DNA of 62,476 bases, the filler included, from Stramenopiles sp. TOSAG23-6 (Eukaryota): the NCBI GenBank assembly GCA_900128565.1. It is 30 parts of 30 records of this genome, joined end to end, with 100 filler letters (N's around TTAATTAATTAA, not from the genome) between each part and the next. Parts side by side here need not be neighbours in the genome. Positions count along the whole stretch, not along the records: positions 37,693 to 39,674 come from LT638403.1; positions 39,775 to 41,756 come from LT638404.1; positions 41,857 to 43,835 come from LT638405.1; positions 43,936 to 45,912 come from LT638406.1; positions 46,013 to 47,988 come from LT638407.1; positions 48,089 to 50,063 come from LT638408.1; positions 50,164 to 52,138 come from LT638409.1; 23 more parts are not named here. One strand, written 5' to 3'. This document shows, in pieces, positions 37,754-50,812 of this stretch. Every line of letters starts with the position of its first letter. The first letter of the stretch is position 1. The notes beneath the pieces were generated by a model. The model was not told the DNA's origin. It made no database searches and saw nothing but the letters and a program-made list of their open reading frames with translations. A program made the translations under genes and the position numbers.

Positions 37754-37918
37754 TTAAGCACCAGCAGCAGGAGCAACTGCTGCTCGAAGAGCTTTTTGAG
37801 CTTGTATTTTTTTTCGAATCATTCTTTGAATCGTTACAGCAGCACCATTCCTGTTGATTTCATCAACTAGACGTTGAACTCTATCTGCAGAATCCGCATA
37901 TCCCAAATCTGTCGCCAT
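37754..37918 (-). CDS. Small IQ-motif protein
   Basis: AAVTIQRMIRKKIQAQK. Confidence 0.35.
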   Translation of the reverse strand: MATDLGYADSADRVQRLVDEINRNGAAVTIQRMIRKKIQAQKALRAAVAPAAGA

Positions 37919-37974
37919 AAAAATTGTGAGATACATTCATAGATTTAATAATTAGTTTTTTGTTTGTGTTTTTA

Positions 37975-38765
37975 TTGTATATTCATTATATAGTGAATGT
38001 GAAATAGTTGTTTACATGTTACATACAAAGTCTCAAGTTTAGGTAAATCTCGGAAGGTCAGTTTTTCAAGTTGATTATGTTCAAGAAACCTACATAAAAA
38101 TTGAATATCAACAACAGATGTATATATATGAGTTACAACTGTAAAGATTTCAATACGTATGTGACAAATGTATATTCATTAAATATAGTGAATGTGAAAT
38201 AGTTGTGTACATGTTACATACAAAAACATAAGTCCAGGTAAATTTTGCAAGGTCACTTCTTGAAGTTGATTATTCTGAAGCCGCCTACATATAATTGAAT
38301 ATCAACAACAGATGTATATATATGAGTTACAACTATAACGATTTCAAGAAATATGTGATAAATGTATATTCATTATATATAGTGAATGTGAAATAGTTGT
38401 TTACATGTTACATACAATCTTTCAAGTTGAGGTAAATTTTGCAAGGTCACTTCTTGAAGTTGATTATCTCCAAGATCCCTACATAGAATTGAATATGAAC
38501 AACAGATGTATATATATGAGTTACAACTGTAAAGATTTCAATATATATGTGATTTATGTATATTCATTATATATAGTGAATGTGAAATAGTTGTTTACAT
38601 GTTACATACAACATTACAAGTTCAGGTAAACCTTCCAAGGTAAATTCTTTAAGTTTATTATTCTGAAGCGACCTACATAGAATTGAATATCAATAGCAGA
38701 TGTATATATATATGAGTTACAACTGTAAAGATTTCAATACATATGTGATAAAATGTATATTCATC
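37975..38765. repeat. Tandem repeat, about 4 units of 194-195 bp
   Basis: TAGTGAATGTGAAATAGTTG recurs at 37991, 38186, 38380 and 38574. Confidence 0.95.
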
Positions 38766-39049
38766 ATTCAGTAAATGTATAGTACAAACGTTGAAGTCGC
38801 TCAAGAGTAACACGCGGAATATACTCAATCGTTTCCAAGTTGCAATATGCCAAAAATAGCTTTGTTACGTTCGGCATGAATTCAAGGAATTGTAACATCT
38901 TTGCTTTCTGCTCACTTAAATCATGTCCTTCAAGACTTCTATATTGTGAAAATGTATTAATAACTATATTGTTGCTAAATAGTAATATTATAGTTGGAAC
39001 AAATCAATACATATATATTATTATCTATACATGTATGGGGATATAGTTA

Positions 39050-39628
39050 TTAATCTTTATGAGACTTTACGTACAGTCTATTGCAAGTTGCGTCGTTTTT
39101 ACATCGAATCATATCTTGGAAGGTGAGATACGTCTCTCCAGTTACGTAATCCATTACAAACTGCATTATGCTGCCAGGAATATGAGGGGCACCGTTGGCG
39201 AGTTTTAAGATCTCTTCAGGACTTTCTCCTATCATGCGATGCAGGATTTTCTCTTCCACAAGTTTCATAAGATCAGGGACCGCCATATAATTTGCAGCTC
39301 GAAGGAGAGCAAAAAGTTCGTCAGTATCTTCCGGAAAATCATGCGAGTATTCACCACCTTTTGCGCGCTTTTCTAGAATGCCAGTGATATTCGCAAGTTG
39401 TTTATTTGATAAATTGGGTAATGGAATTGGATCTTTACTCAGATCATCCACAACTTCAACCATTCCTGTTATCGTATTAGAAAGTTTCGCAGCGGCGGGA
39501 TTTATTTGAAATGTTTTTCCATCTTTACTTTGTAGTGTCCAAGTATTGGGATTATGCTCAACTGCATCCATACCAAGAACTTTTTGTACGGATACACCTG
39601 CAATGACGATACGACACACATTCTTCAT
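39050..39628 (-). CDS. SKP1-like (POZ + dimerisation) protein
   Basis: TLQSKDGKTF...AAKLSNTITGMV...IPLPNL...LFALLRAANYM...GESPEEI. Confidence 0.8.
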   Translation of the reverse strand: MKNVCRIVIAGVSVQKVLGMDAVEHNPNTWTLQSKDGKTFQINPAAAKLSNTITGMVEVVDDLSKDPIPLPNLSNKQLANITGILEKRAKGGEYSHDFPEDTDELFALLRAANYMAVPDLMKLVEEKILHRMIGESPEEILKLANGAPHIPGSIMQFVMDYVTGETYLTFQDMIRCKNDATCNRLYVKSHKD

Positions 39629-39834
39629 TATTGTAGCACTTTTATAAGTTTTGAAAAGAATAGTTATTTGGATANNNNNNNNNNNNNNNNNNNNNNNNNN
39701 NNNNNNNNNNNNNNNNNNTTAATTAATTAANNNNNNNNNNNNNNNNNNNNNNNNNNNNNNNNNNNNNNNNNNNNTACAAAATTTACTATAAAAAAAAAAT
39801 TCGATTTTTTTGTAAAAAAAAAAATAAAACATAC

Positions 39835-40521
39835 ATTGCATCAGTTCCTTCATCCATCAAATCTAACTTTGTTAGAACACCAAGGGTACGTTCGCCACTT
39901 GGATCTACAGTTTTTGCAATCTGTAAAGCATCACTATTTGCCATATCAGTGTTTGCAGGATGAACAGCAAGTAAAATACAATTTTTTTCTGTAATATATT
40001 TCATGCATTTTGGAAAAATATTTCAAAAAAATCTAACAAAATTTGAACTCCTCAATATTCTCTGGTTGATCTCCCGTGGCAACTCGAGTAAGACCAGGCA
40101 AGTCAATTAACGTAAGATTAGTCACTGTGCGAGACCAAACTTTTAAATTAATAGGCTTATCGGATAAGGCTTTGTTGGAACCTGTCTCCTCATCCGTGGC
40201 TCTTTCAATTTCGGTGCGGACTTTATCAAAGTCATAAAATTTGACACCAGGTTTGTGAAGAAATTCAGCGATAGGATTTTTTTGTTTGGCATCATGAATT
40301 AATTGTAACACCAGCGGTCGGCGAGTACATATACCGGATCCACGAGGTAGAAAATCTTTTCCAACAACGTTTTCAAGTACAGAGCTTTTACCAGCACTTT
40401 GACTACCAATTACTGCAATTTGTGGAAGAGACATCGGACTTGAACCAATTTCTGTAAAAGCATCTTGTAGCTCGTTCACCAAAACTACAAGCGACTGCAT
40501 ATCACTACCATCTCGTTCCAT
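39835..40521 (-). CDS. Dynamin-family GTPase, N-terminal exons
   Basis: [49 protein letters not shown]. Confidence 0.95.
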
Positions 40522-40818
40522 AATTTTGACAAAGTGCCAAGTTCACTTTATATAATAATAATTACAGAAGATGTTCTGAATCTTCTTCTTTTTTAGTTCA
40601 ACACTATATAATACCTAATAATAATCAGTCAGTGATCACCCGTGGTAGCAAATGTCAATGCAGCTGACGTATTATACCCTAACCCTAGCTAGTAGACAAG
40701 GCTCTTAATTTTACAAAATACCTCGCGAGTCGCGAGTTCATTTTGAAATTGAAAGAATTTAAAGAAGACTAAAATAGGACATTCATCACGATACAATATT
40801 GTCTTAATTTAGTTCATA

Positions 40819-41740
40819 ATGGGATTATGCGCGGCGAAGCTTAATACCACAAATATTGCCATACCTCAAAATATAAATTTTGGTTTTGATAAAAAATATA
40901 AAGTCCTTCACAAAAATGTAAACAGTACAGAAGATAGTATTATGGAAGTAAAGAATATAGATGATGGGAAGCTTTATCAAGTTAGGGTTATAGACGGGAA
41001 TTCTTTNNNNNNCGTTGAATCAGAAAATGGTAAGTGGATGCTAAATGTATTTAAAGAAGTAGAACTTTGGGAGAAACTTGACCACGAAAATGTTGTTAAA
41101 TTGTATGAATGTTTCTTTGATGGAGGCAAAATATATCTCGTGACTGAGTTGATGCGTGGGGGTGAACTATTCGATAATATAATAAGTAGGCAGTCGTACA
41201 CCGAAGATTGGGCGCGTAGTATTTCTCGACAAATCTGTCAGGCAATAAGTTATTGTCACTCTAAAAATATTATACATAGAGATATTAAGCCTGCAAATAT
41301 ATTATTATCAGATACTTCAGAACACCCTACAGTAAAGATTGCAGACTTTGGATTTGCGACAACTTTGAAAGCTGAAAGATCACTTAGTTTAACATTTGGG
41401 ACACCAGGGTACGTAGCTCCAGAAATTTTAGTCGGGCGCGGATATAGTGAAGCAGTCGATATGTGGAGTTTTGGTGTAATAGTCTATGTATTATTGTGTG
41501 GATACCCCCCCTTTTATGATGATGACCACGAAGAAATGCTACGAATGGTACGCACCGCAAGCTATAAATTTCCTGATCTAGAATGGGACAATATATCAGA
41601 TGCAGCCAAGGATTTAATTATGAAATTATTAACACGCGATGAAGAAGCAAGACTCACGGCAAAGCAAGTGATGAAACACCCATGGATGATACAAGATATT
41701 CCTGAAAAGGAAATAAGTGTTCCAAGTCGACTTTCTTCAT
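40819..41740 (+). CDS. CAMK-group Ser/Thr protein kinase
   Basis: HRDIKPAN, DFG, GTPGYVAPE, DMWSFGV, LLCGYPPF; MGLC N-terminus. Confidence 0.93.
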
Positions 41741-41888
41741 GTACGTTTTCATTATGNNNNNNNNNNNNNNNNNNNNNNNNNNNNNNNNNNNNNNNNNNNN
41801 TTAATTAATTAANNNNNNNNNNNNNNNNNNNNNNNNNNNNNNNNNNNNNNNNNNNNGTACCTAACAAATTTAAGTTTTTTTTTTTTGA

Positions 41889-42369
41889 AATATTTTTCCA
41901 AAATACATCTTCTCTAGATTGTCATTTGAAAAATCAAGAGAAAATCATTCTAGACAATGAAGCAAAAATTATTGCAGATCTAAAAGCAAAAAACTCAATA
42001 GATCATCTTCATGCAAAGTTACACGAACGATTTTTCGGGAATGGAACAGAAATTGCTAAATTGGAAAAAGCAGTAGCTGCGCGTGAAGCATTGACTCAAT
42101 CTCGTGTACGTTTTTTATTCTGAATTTTAAATTTATATTTTTTTCATACGATATTTTGTACCTAAACAAAAATGATTCTTTTTTGAGTTTTTTTTTTATG
42201 AGTTTTTATTCTATACATTTTTTATTATGAATTTCAAATTAATTTATTTTTTGTCAAATGTTATGTAATTAATAATAAAGTTAGCTTTTCTACATTTTTT
42301 ACAATACATATCCGAGAGGAAAAAATGGCAATTAAAATTTTAATGAAGAAACTTGGAAGACATGTGTAA
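41889..42369 (+). CDS. Coiled-coil protein, 3' fragment
   Basis: Short exons flanking a family intron; no domain recognised. Confidence 0.35.
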
Positions 42370-42944
42370 ATAATACTAGTCAAACATTATAATTCGTATT
42401 ATTCATGAAGTATGTAATGAAAAGACCTTTTGGTTTTTATTGGACAATACACTCAACGCTGTTTGTACACATAAAGTGTAATATATTGTTTGAATTTCAC
42501 ATCTACTAAAATGATAAAATGTCATAGAAAGAGTTTGAATTTTAGATCTACTAAAATGATAAAATGTCATTAAAAGAGTCTTNAAAAAAAAACATATAAA
42601 AAATCTTCAAAGGAAATAGTAATACCGACTGAGAAGAACACATTTTTAATGATTGGTGATGAATTATTTGTATATGTGTAATTGTTTCTTTGTTTCTTTA
42701 GTGCTCAAATTTTAATGAAGATTTGAATTATAAAGCACATGTGAGATGAGGGATATATCTATTACAACAATATTGAATTGAAAAAGAGATATTTATATAT
42801 ATCATTATCAAATAATATATTGATGATTAAAAATAGTTTTTATATACAATTATTTTTTTTTAAATTTGTACAAATGTCTCGCATGTGCGGAAGGTGGAGC
42901 ATATAGTTTGTACGATGTATTTCAACAGATAAATCTTTAATTTT

Positions 42945-43835
42945 CTAAATGCAATCCTTTTGAGATTTGTAATTTGACCAATTGGTTCTGTTATTTGAGC
43001 AAATATTTTTTTCTCTCCAAGTACAAATCTAGAAGCCTTTTTAGTTCATGAATTTCACTTGGAATTGGACCAGATAGGTTGTTGTTTTGCAAGTTCAATT
43101 CTTCAAGATTTGTTAGTTGACCAATTTCCATTGGTTACTTCCCAAGTCCAACTGTTCGAGATTTCTTAGTTGACCAATTTCACTTGGAATTGAACCAGAT
43201 AGTTGGTTGTTTTGCAAGTACAAGTGTGCGAGATTTGTTAGTTGACCAATTTCTTTTGGAATTGAACCAGTTAGTTGGTTAGTTGACAAGTCCAAAAGAA
43301 CGAGATTTGTTAGTTGACCAATTTCAATTGGAATTTCACCAGATAATTTGTTTCTATACAAAATCAAATATTGAAGACTTTTTAGTTGACCAATTTCCTT
43401 TGGAATTGGACCAGATAGTTCGTTGATTGACAAGTTCAACCCAATGAGCTTTGTTAGTTGACCAATTTCCGTTGGAATTGAACCAGATAGTTGGTTAAAT
43501 GCCAAGAACAATATTTCGAGATTTCTTAGTTGACCAATTTCTTTTGGAATTGTACCAGTTAGTTTGTTGGCTGACAAGTTCAAACTTCGGAGATTTGATA
43601 ATTGACCAATTTCACTTGGAATTGGACCAGTTAGATTGTTGTTCCTCAAGAACAATCTTTCGAGCTTTGTAAGTTCACCAATTTCACTCGGTATTGAACC
43701 AGATAGTTCGTTCTTGTACAACCTCAAAATTTTGAGATTTTTTAATTGACCAATTTCTTTTGGTATTGGACCAGATAGTTGGTTGTCTGCCAAGTCCAAC
43801 CAATGGAGATTTGTTAGTTGACCAATTTGATTTGG
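42945..43835 (-). pseudogene. Plant-type 24-aa LRR array, frameshifted and decayed at the 3' end
   Basis: About 10 LxxLxLxxNxLSGxIPxEIGQL repeats; at about 43133 a deletion shifts the frame, and LRR remnants continue in another frame. Confidence 0.65.
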
Positions 43836-43935
43836 NNNNNNNNNNNNNNNNNNNNNNNNNNNNNNNNNNNNNNNNNNNNTTAATTAATTAANNNNNNNNN
43901 NNNNNNNNNNNNNNNNNNNNNNNNNNNNNNNNNNN

Positions 43936-44928
43936 CTTTTTGTTTTGTTGGACACTCATCTTTGACGTTTTATTAGCAAATAGTGAAGATGATATTTTCA
44001 TCGCACTAGCGATAGCATGTTCTTGTATAGCAGGTATTTTCCTGTATTTTCGCATTGAGCTTGCAAGGGCTTTTGACATCGAGAGACCACGGCTTACTAT
44101 TTCTGCATATTTTACGTCAGTCGCAGTGATAGATAGAAGACAAGAACATGCCCTAATTTGTAGACCAGGATGGTGGTGAGAAAGTAATCCAAACATAAAT
44201 TGTATTGCATACTTCTGTATGGATACACTCTTTGGTTTATTTTCGGTGTTTAATGAAATATTTAATGAATTAGAAAGACTTTTTTTACTGCGAAGTCGGC
44301 ATATAAGCTCTAATATTTGGGCAATTGACCAAATACTAATTTGAGTAGTGTATCTTTTTTCATTTAACAGATGAAGCAGTTTCGATATTGTGTTTATTTT
44401 TCGTGCACGAAGTATTAAAGTTGCTCCGAATTCGCTAGTCTCTGGATGGGACTTAGATAAGCACAAAAGGAAGTTACAAGCAAAACCAACGGACTGGACA
44501 AGACGAAAAGCCTTGACAGCTAAGCTAACTATTCCCATCCTAAGACTACGTTTCGCTTGCTTCTGCGATGAAGAACTCGTGCCACTGACAATATATGATA
44601 AAATTCGAAAACTGCAAGCTTGTATACCTCGATGACTATGGTGTATTCGAAGAGCTATTGCTATTGTCGCGACAAGGTTCTTTGAACACTTCATATCACC
44701 ATTGACAGGTAGAAATAAATTATTCCTTTCATCAGCGTAACTTAAAATTGAGCTATTAACATTTTTAGGTAGTCTTTGGAGCATAGCGTGCAAGCATATT
44801 TCTTGTGTCGTAGCATTATTTCCGTTGTTTTTCATTATATCTACTAAGGACTTTATTGGGGTGTTTTTGTCGTACACGAAATAAGATAGTGCCGTGCGTT
44901 CGACAGCTCTCGATTGACCTGGCTTCAT
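43936..44928 (-). CDS. Armadillo-like helical repeat protein, 5' part
   Basis: Intronless ORF of more than 330 aa with LRIHHSHRGIQACSFRIL / HPGLQIRACSCL repeats. Confidence 0.55.
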
Positions 44929-45317
44929 TGACTTTAATTTCCTCTTTGTAAAATAATATATGCATTACGTATACTTAATAATACTTTCACACGTAGTAAA
45001 TTTACAAGTCTCGCTCTCAATTTTCAAAAATCTTTCGAACAAGAGAAGAAAAAAAAACAGTTTCAAAAAAAATCCGAATTTTCGAATTCTCAAATCTAAA
45101 TCCGAAATCGACAGTTTTTTCTCTTTCCGCGCGTCGTCGTCGAGCTCTATTATGCATATGGAGCACAAGAATGCTGTTCCCTTTGTTATGAGACCATGGT
45201 TTATAGCATAATATTCATAATATATTGATTTTGTGTCAAAAAAGGTTTGCTTACCATTTGTTAGACTCTGGCAATGAAGATATATTCAGTGTACGTACTT
45301 TTTGGAAATAGATTGAC

Positions 45318-45912
45318 ATGACTTCTGAAAAAGAGGAAGTTGTCGTTTGGGCTCCGCAGTCAGACATCTTATATGCCTCACAAAAGGACAGTATATATCT
45401 CTCTCATATAAGAAAGAGTTTTGTTAGCTTTGCGGAGTGTGTTTTAGGTGGAAATTCGACGAATGTGTTCCTTCCAGAGATTGAAGCTATTGCTACATCT
45501 TTTTATTTTGGTTNNNNNNNNNNNNNCTACCGCTTCGGGGCTACAAACGCTTGGTGAAGAATACTGCTATTTGTTACCAGTTGGTGTGGTAGAAAAAGAT
45601 TCAATTGAATATCCTATTACGATGTCTATTACTAGCCGATGCCTTCTTTCATTATATCTAGTATTACCAAATTATATTTATCTTCGTGGAAAGGCTGGAG
45701 CACCGAGACTACCACAGCCGCATAGATTTCCTGGTCAGGTACGAAGAAACGACAATTTGTCGCCTTATTTCGATTGGATCAAAAGAGCAATTATTTATAT
45801 ATTACTGATACCTAGTCGTGTTGTACGTAGCTGTTTTAGTCTTATTCCTTCTTCTCTAAGGTTGAATTTTAGGCCATATTTTTCAGATATGATTTTGTCA
45901 AAAGTTTCTCGA
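45318..45912 (+). CDS. PEX10: Peroxisome biogenesis factor 10, N-terminal part
   Basis: APQSDILYASQKDSIY...FYFG...GLQTLGEEYC; the apparent frameshift coincides with an N gap. Confidence 0.85.
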
Positions 45913-46069
45913 NNNNNNNNNNNNNNNNNNNNNNNNNNNNNNNNNNNNNNNNNNNNTTAATTAATTAANNNNNNNNNNNNNNNNNNNNNNNNNNNNNNNN
46001 NNNNNNNNNNNNAAAAAGTAATCAAAACCATTCCCCATGTATTTTGGAAAAAGTATTTTTTTTTCATAA

Positions 46070-46105
<36 letters not shown>

Positions 46106-46140
46106 TTAAATGCTTATAAAAATTAGGGTTAGGGTTAAAA

Positions 46141-47826
46141 CGAACTTTCGATCACATGACTGAAGATAATAAGAATTTGCAGGATCTGCGATATATAATG
46201 CATCAATGAATAAACCTGCTGCACGTACAGCTGCACAACACGAATTCCATTGAAGATTTCCAATATGTTTTGTGAAAAAAATTCTACAATTTTCTTTTTT
46301 TTGTTAGGTACGAAATTTCATAGTAAAATACAAAAAAAAAAAAAAAAAAAAAAAAACCTAAAATTCGTTAGGTACAAAATTTCGTACAAAAAACAACAAA
46401 CACCTTGACCAGCAAATCCAACATAGAGAATATTTGATTGTTTTGATTTGCAAAATCTATCATAAAAATGATCCGTAGCTGCGAAAACTTCTGTGAATAT
46501 TTCTTCCCGTCCTAACCCTAACCCTAACCCTAATGAAGTTTCATTTTTATGTTTGTTTTTTTCTATGCTATTTTGAATACTATAATTTTGATATAAAGTC
46601 TCATTTACATTATTATCCAGGTTTGTTGATGTAGGGTTAGGGTTATTCCATGCAATACCTAGACGTCTTTTGGAGTTTCGTAATGCAGCTTTATGTTCAA
46701 AGATATTTTGTTTTGTTTTTTTTGTAAGTTAGGGTTAGGTTTAAAAAAAATTCAAAAAAAATATTTCATGAAAAAAAATATTTCATGAAAATATATATAT
46801 ATATATATATATAGTAGGGTTAGGTTTTTTTTGGTATATATGTGTGGAAAGAAAACGTACCAGCCTTTTTCATATTAAAATAATTGCAACTCAAACCTAA
46901 ATTTGTTAATTTTGAAAGTTTAGAAAATATTCCATCATTTAATATGTCTATATCTTTTAAAAAATTCATTTGCAAATATAATGATTTAAGTTTCACTAAT
47001 TTTGATAGAGACTGAGGAAGAGCACATAACATATATTGTGAAAAAATATTATTATTATTATTTTTTTTTTTTGGAAAAAAAAAATATTTGTTAGGTACGA
47101 AATTTCGTACGAAAAAAAAAACCGAGTAAAAACATTAAAAAATTCAAAAAAATAAAACATACTGATTATTATGAGCATCGATTTTTTCTAATAAAACACA
47201 ATTTCCAATTTCATTTGGTAATGCCCTAATTAAATTTCCATAAATATGTAATTCACGTAACATTTTTAATTGACCAATTTCAGCAGGTATGTCCTTTAGC
47301 TTATTATCTTCAAGATGTAAAATAGATAAAAGAGTTAATTTTGATATAGAAACATAATTAACAGATGTGTCTAAGCCAACTACTACTGTTGTACTAGGGA
47401 TATTTGAGATTGTAGTGTTGTTTTGATTTTTTTGATTTTTTTGAATTTTTTGAATTTTTTGAATTTTTTGATTTTTTTGATTTTTTTGAATATTTAAATG
47501 TTCAATCTTATTTGATGCTAAATGCAAAACTTTTAATGTTTTTTTCTGATATAATATATTATTTGGTATTTTCTTGAAATTATTCCATGAAGCAAGGAGG
47601 CATTGAACATTATGGCAGTTTTTCAATAATACAAGTATTGTGAAAAAATATTTCAAAAAAAAATCTTAAAAAATTCGTTAGGTACGAAATTTCGTATGAA
47701 ACTAAAAAAAAAAAATTAAATTAGAAATTCATATAAAACATACAAGCGGTGTATCCTGTGCGTTACCTTCCATTTCGAGTACTTTCAAAGAACGTTTTGC
47801 ATAGTACTTTTCTGTTTTGAGAAGAA
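46141..47826 (-). CDS. Multi-exon LRR protein with an additional C-terminal domain
   Basis: LHLEDNKLKDIPAEIGQLKMLRELHIYGN; introns 47633-47743 (GT-TT) and 47031-47162 (GT-AT). Confidence 0.7.
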
Positions 47827-48153
47827 TATTGAAAAATATTTTGTTTTTTGTTAGGTACAAATTTTACTATAAAAAAAAACATTTTGAAAAATAAAATATT
47901 TTTTTTTTTTTTTTTTTTAGGTACAAATTTTACTACAAAAAAAAAAATTTTGAAAAAAAAAATAAAAAAACTTTTGTTTCCTTTGAAANNNNNNNNNNNN
48001 NNNNNNNNNNNNNNNNNNNNNNNNNNNNNNNNTTAATTAATTAANNNNNNNNNNNNNNNNNNNNNNNNNNNNNNNNNNNNNNNNNNNNTTCGTACGAAAT
48101 TTTGTACCTAACGAATTTTAGTTTTTTTTTTTGAAATATTTTTCCAAAATACT

Positions 48154-50011
48154 TCTTCGTTCTTGGGGTCAGTTTTGTCAGTTACCCAATTGGCCATCAA
48201 ATTTTCGCCAATTAAGTTGGTTATACGGAGTAAATGGTCTTCATGTGTGGTGGCCTTCTAAATCTCGTCGCCATCGTCGTTTGCCATCCCCTTTCCATTG
48301 GGAAGCCGATACTGTTCCGATTGCTATTCACCCTTCCTTTGCTGCCATTGCTCTCGCTACGGGTCTTCGTTATACACATGCTCATCTTCCTCCAATATTT
48401 GACCTTCGCCCTGTGGCACAGCCATGTCTTCATGTTTTACTAAATACTATTCTTCATGAATTTATTGATAATATTGACCTTGACAATGAAATATCCATGC
48501 TGATTGTACAGGGGGAAGTTCGTGTAGTATATAAAAACATGGGAGATGAAAATATTGTTCATTTGAACAAGAAAACACTCGAATCAAAACAAATGGATGA
48601 AAACAAGAAAACACTCGAATCAAAACAAATGTATGAAATTGTTAAAACATCTTCATTATTAACCACCCCTTTAGGTAAAGAATTATTACAACTATGCCGA
48701 GCTGCTAAAAGTTTCGGCCATTTATTTACATCTTTTGAACTTTTAGTTCATCATTCATTTCAGCATGCTTTTGAAGCTCGTGAGCAATTATATAAATATT
48801 TACACAAACAAAATGAAATCAAAATAACAAAGCAGGATAAAGACAAATATATGATATCGCTTTTATTGTTTCATTCAGCAGTTGACATTTTAGTATATTG
48901 TGATATGATGTATAAAAAAGAAGAGGAAGAATTGTATGAAAAACAATCAGCTGTAGATGATGGAACAGAAATGTCAGAGCTACAAAGTAATGCTCAAAAA
49001 GATCTCCCTATTAATGCTCAAAATGATCTCGCTATTAATGTACTATTACGTGTAGCTCGAGCAAATGACCCAAGTCGCTGGGGGATGCTATTTGGTTATC
49101 ATTATCCAAACTATCCTATACAATCTCTTCCATTAAGCGACATTTTTAATAGATGTATTTCAGCTGGAAATCTCAAAAAAGCTTTTTTTACATTGAATAT
49201 TCTCAGTTCGGAGTATATACAATCATCAAATTCAAGTTATGTCAATGATGAAACCAAAACGACTTATATTCAAATGTTATTTGATTCTGCACTTCAACAA
49301 AATAATTTATCCATTGCTGCTGATGTTTGGCATCTCTATTCAAAAAATAGAGAAATAGAAAAAAAGAAGGAGAGATCCGCCTCCATCCATATGCATCATG
49401 AACGGCTTTTAAATTCGAAATTTAATGTTGAAGATAAAAACGATCCCTCCTCTCTTGAGGATGAGAAAAACAAAAAAGATTCTCTTAATTTTGAAAATGC
49501 AATTTTAAGGAGTAAACGATCATGTATGTTTTTTTTTTTTTCAAATTTGAATTTATTTTTTCGTACGAAATTTTGTACCTAACAAATTTTTTAGATTTTT
49601 TTTTAAAATATTTTTCCAAAATACATATGATGATGGGATCTTTCAAACGACGCCAAAACAAGGCATCCATGCGAAAACGGCACATTCATTACAAACATCC
49701 TTGAATGCATACATATCCAAAATATCTCAAAAGCATCAATTGTTATATGAAACAGAAAAAGATAATATTTTATCCAAAAACATACATGATGAACATGAAA
49801 ATAATAAAATAAATAAAAATAAAAACAGTGCGGGTGCAGTACATGTTTCGAATAATAATAAAATAAATATAAATAAAAACAGTGCGGGTACAGTCCATAC
49901 TTCAAATAGTGGTGAAACAAAAAAAGTATTTCATGGTGCTGGTGTAGGATCAAAAGTGAATACTATAACGTTGCGTGATAAAGAAAAACAACATAGAATT
50001 CGTGTGAGAAT
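48154..50011 (+). CDS. RIC1: RIC1-like RAB6 GEF subunit, C-terminal region
   Basis: WLYGVNGLHVW, QPCLHVLL, FELLVH, VARANDPSRWGMLF...IFNRCISAGNLKKA. Confidence 0.7.
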
Positions 50012-50234
50012 GTATGTTTTATTTTTTTTCAAATTCGATTTTTTTTCGTACGAAATTTTGTACNNNNNNNNNNNNNNNNNNNNNNNNNNNNNNNNNNNNN
50101 NNNNNNNTTAATTAATTAANNNNNNNNNNNNNNNNNNNNNNNNNNNNNNNNNNNNNNNNNNNNGGATTATGAAAAAATATTTCAAAAAAAAAAAAAATGT
50201 TAGGTACAAAATTTCGTATGAAAAAAAAATTTCA

Positions 50235-50781
50235 AAAAAAAAATGAAAACATACATGATCCATATGAATACTACGAATATCTTCAAGACAATCAACTACA
50301 TGATCCGTATCATTACTACGAATATCTATAAGAAATGGTACACATGTCTTCAAGCAATCTCCTAAATCTAGTTCAATATTTGTCACTGGGACATAATTTT
50401 CACATTCTTTTTTTTTTCTTTTTGAAAATCTCCGGGATGTATTTTGGAAAAATATTTCAAACAAAATTCGTTAGGTACAAACTTTCGTACTGAAAATAAA
50501 TTCGATTTTTTTGTAAAAAAAAAAAATAAAACATACATGTCTTTCCTGCCTGAAAATTTATTTCGACTTTTTCAGAATTGTTGCATTTATCTTTTTTTTT
50601 CTCGTCATCAAAACGAATTTTTGAAAGACTTAACTTAATGCTATTATTTGTTGAGGACGATGAAAGACGCCATGTAATACCACGTGTCATTGGGGTTAAT
50701 AGTATGAGTTCTTTATCACCATTCCCGTATACATTATGTAGAAGTATGTTTACAATTTGAAATTTGTTAGGTATGAAAACA

Positions 50782-50812
<31 letters not shown>

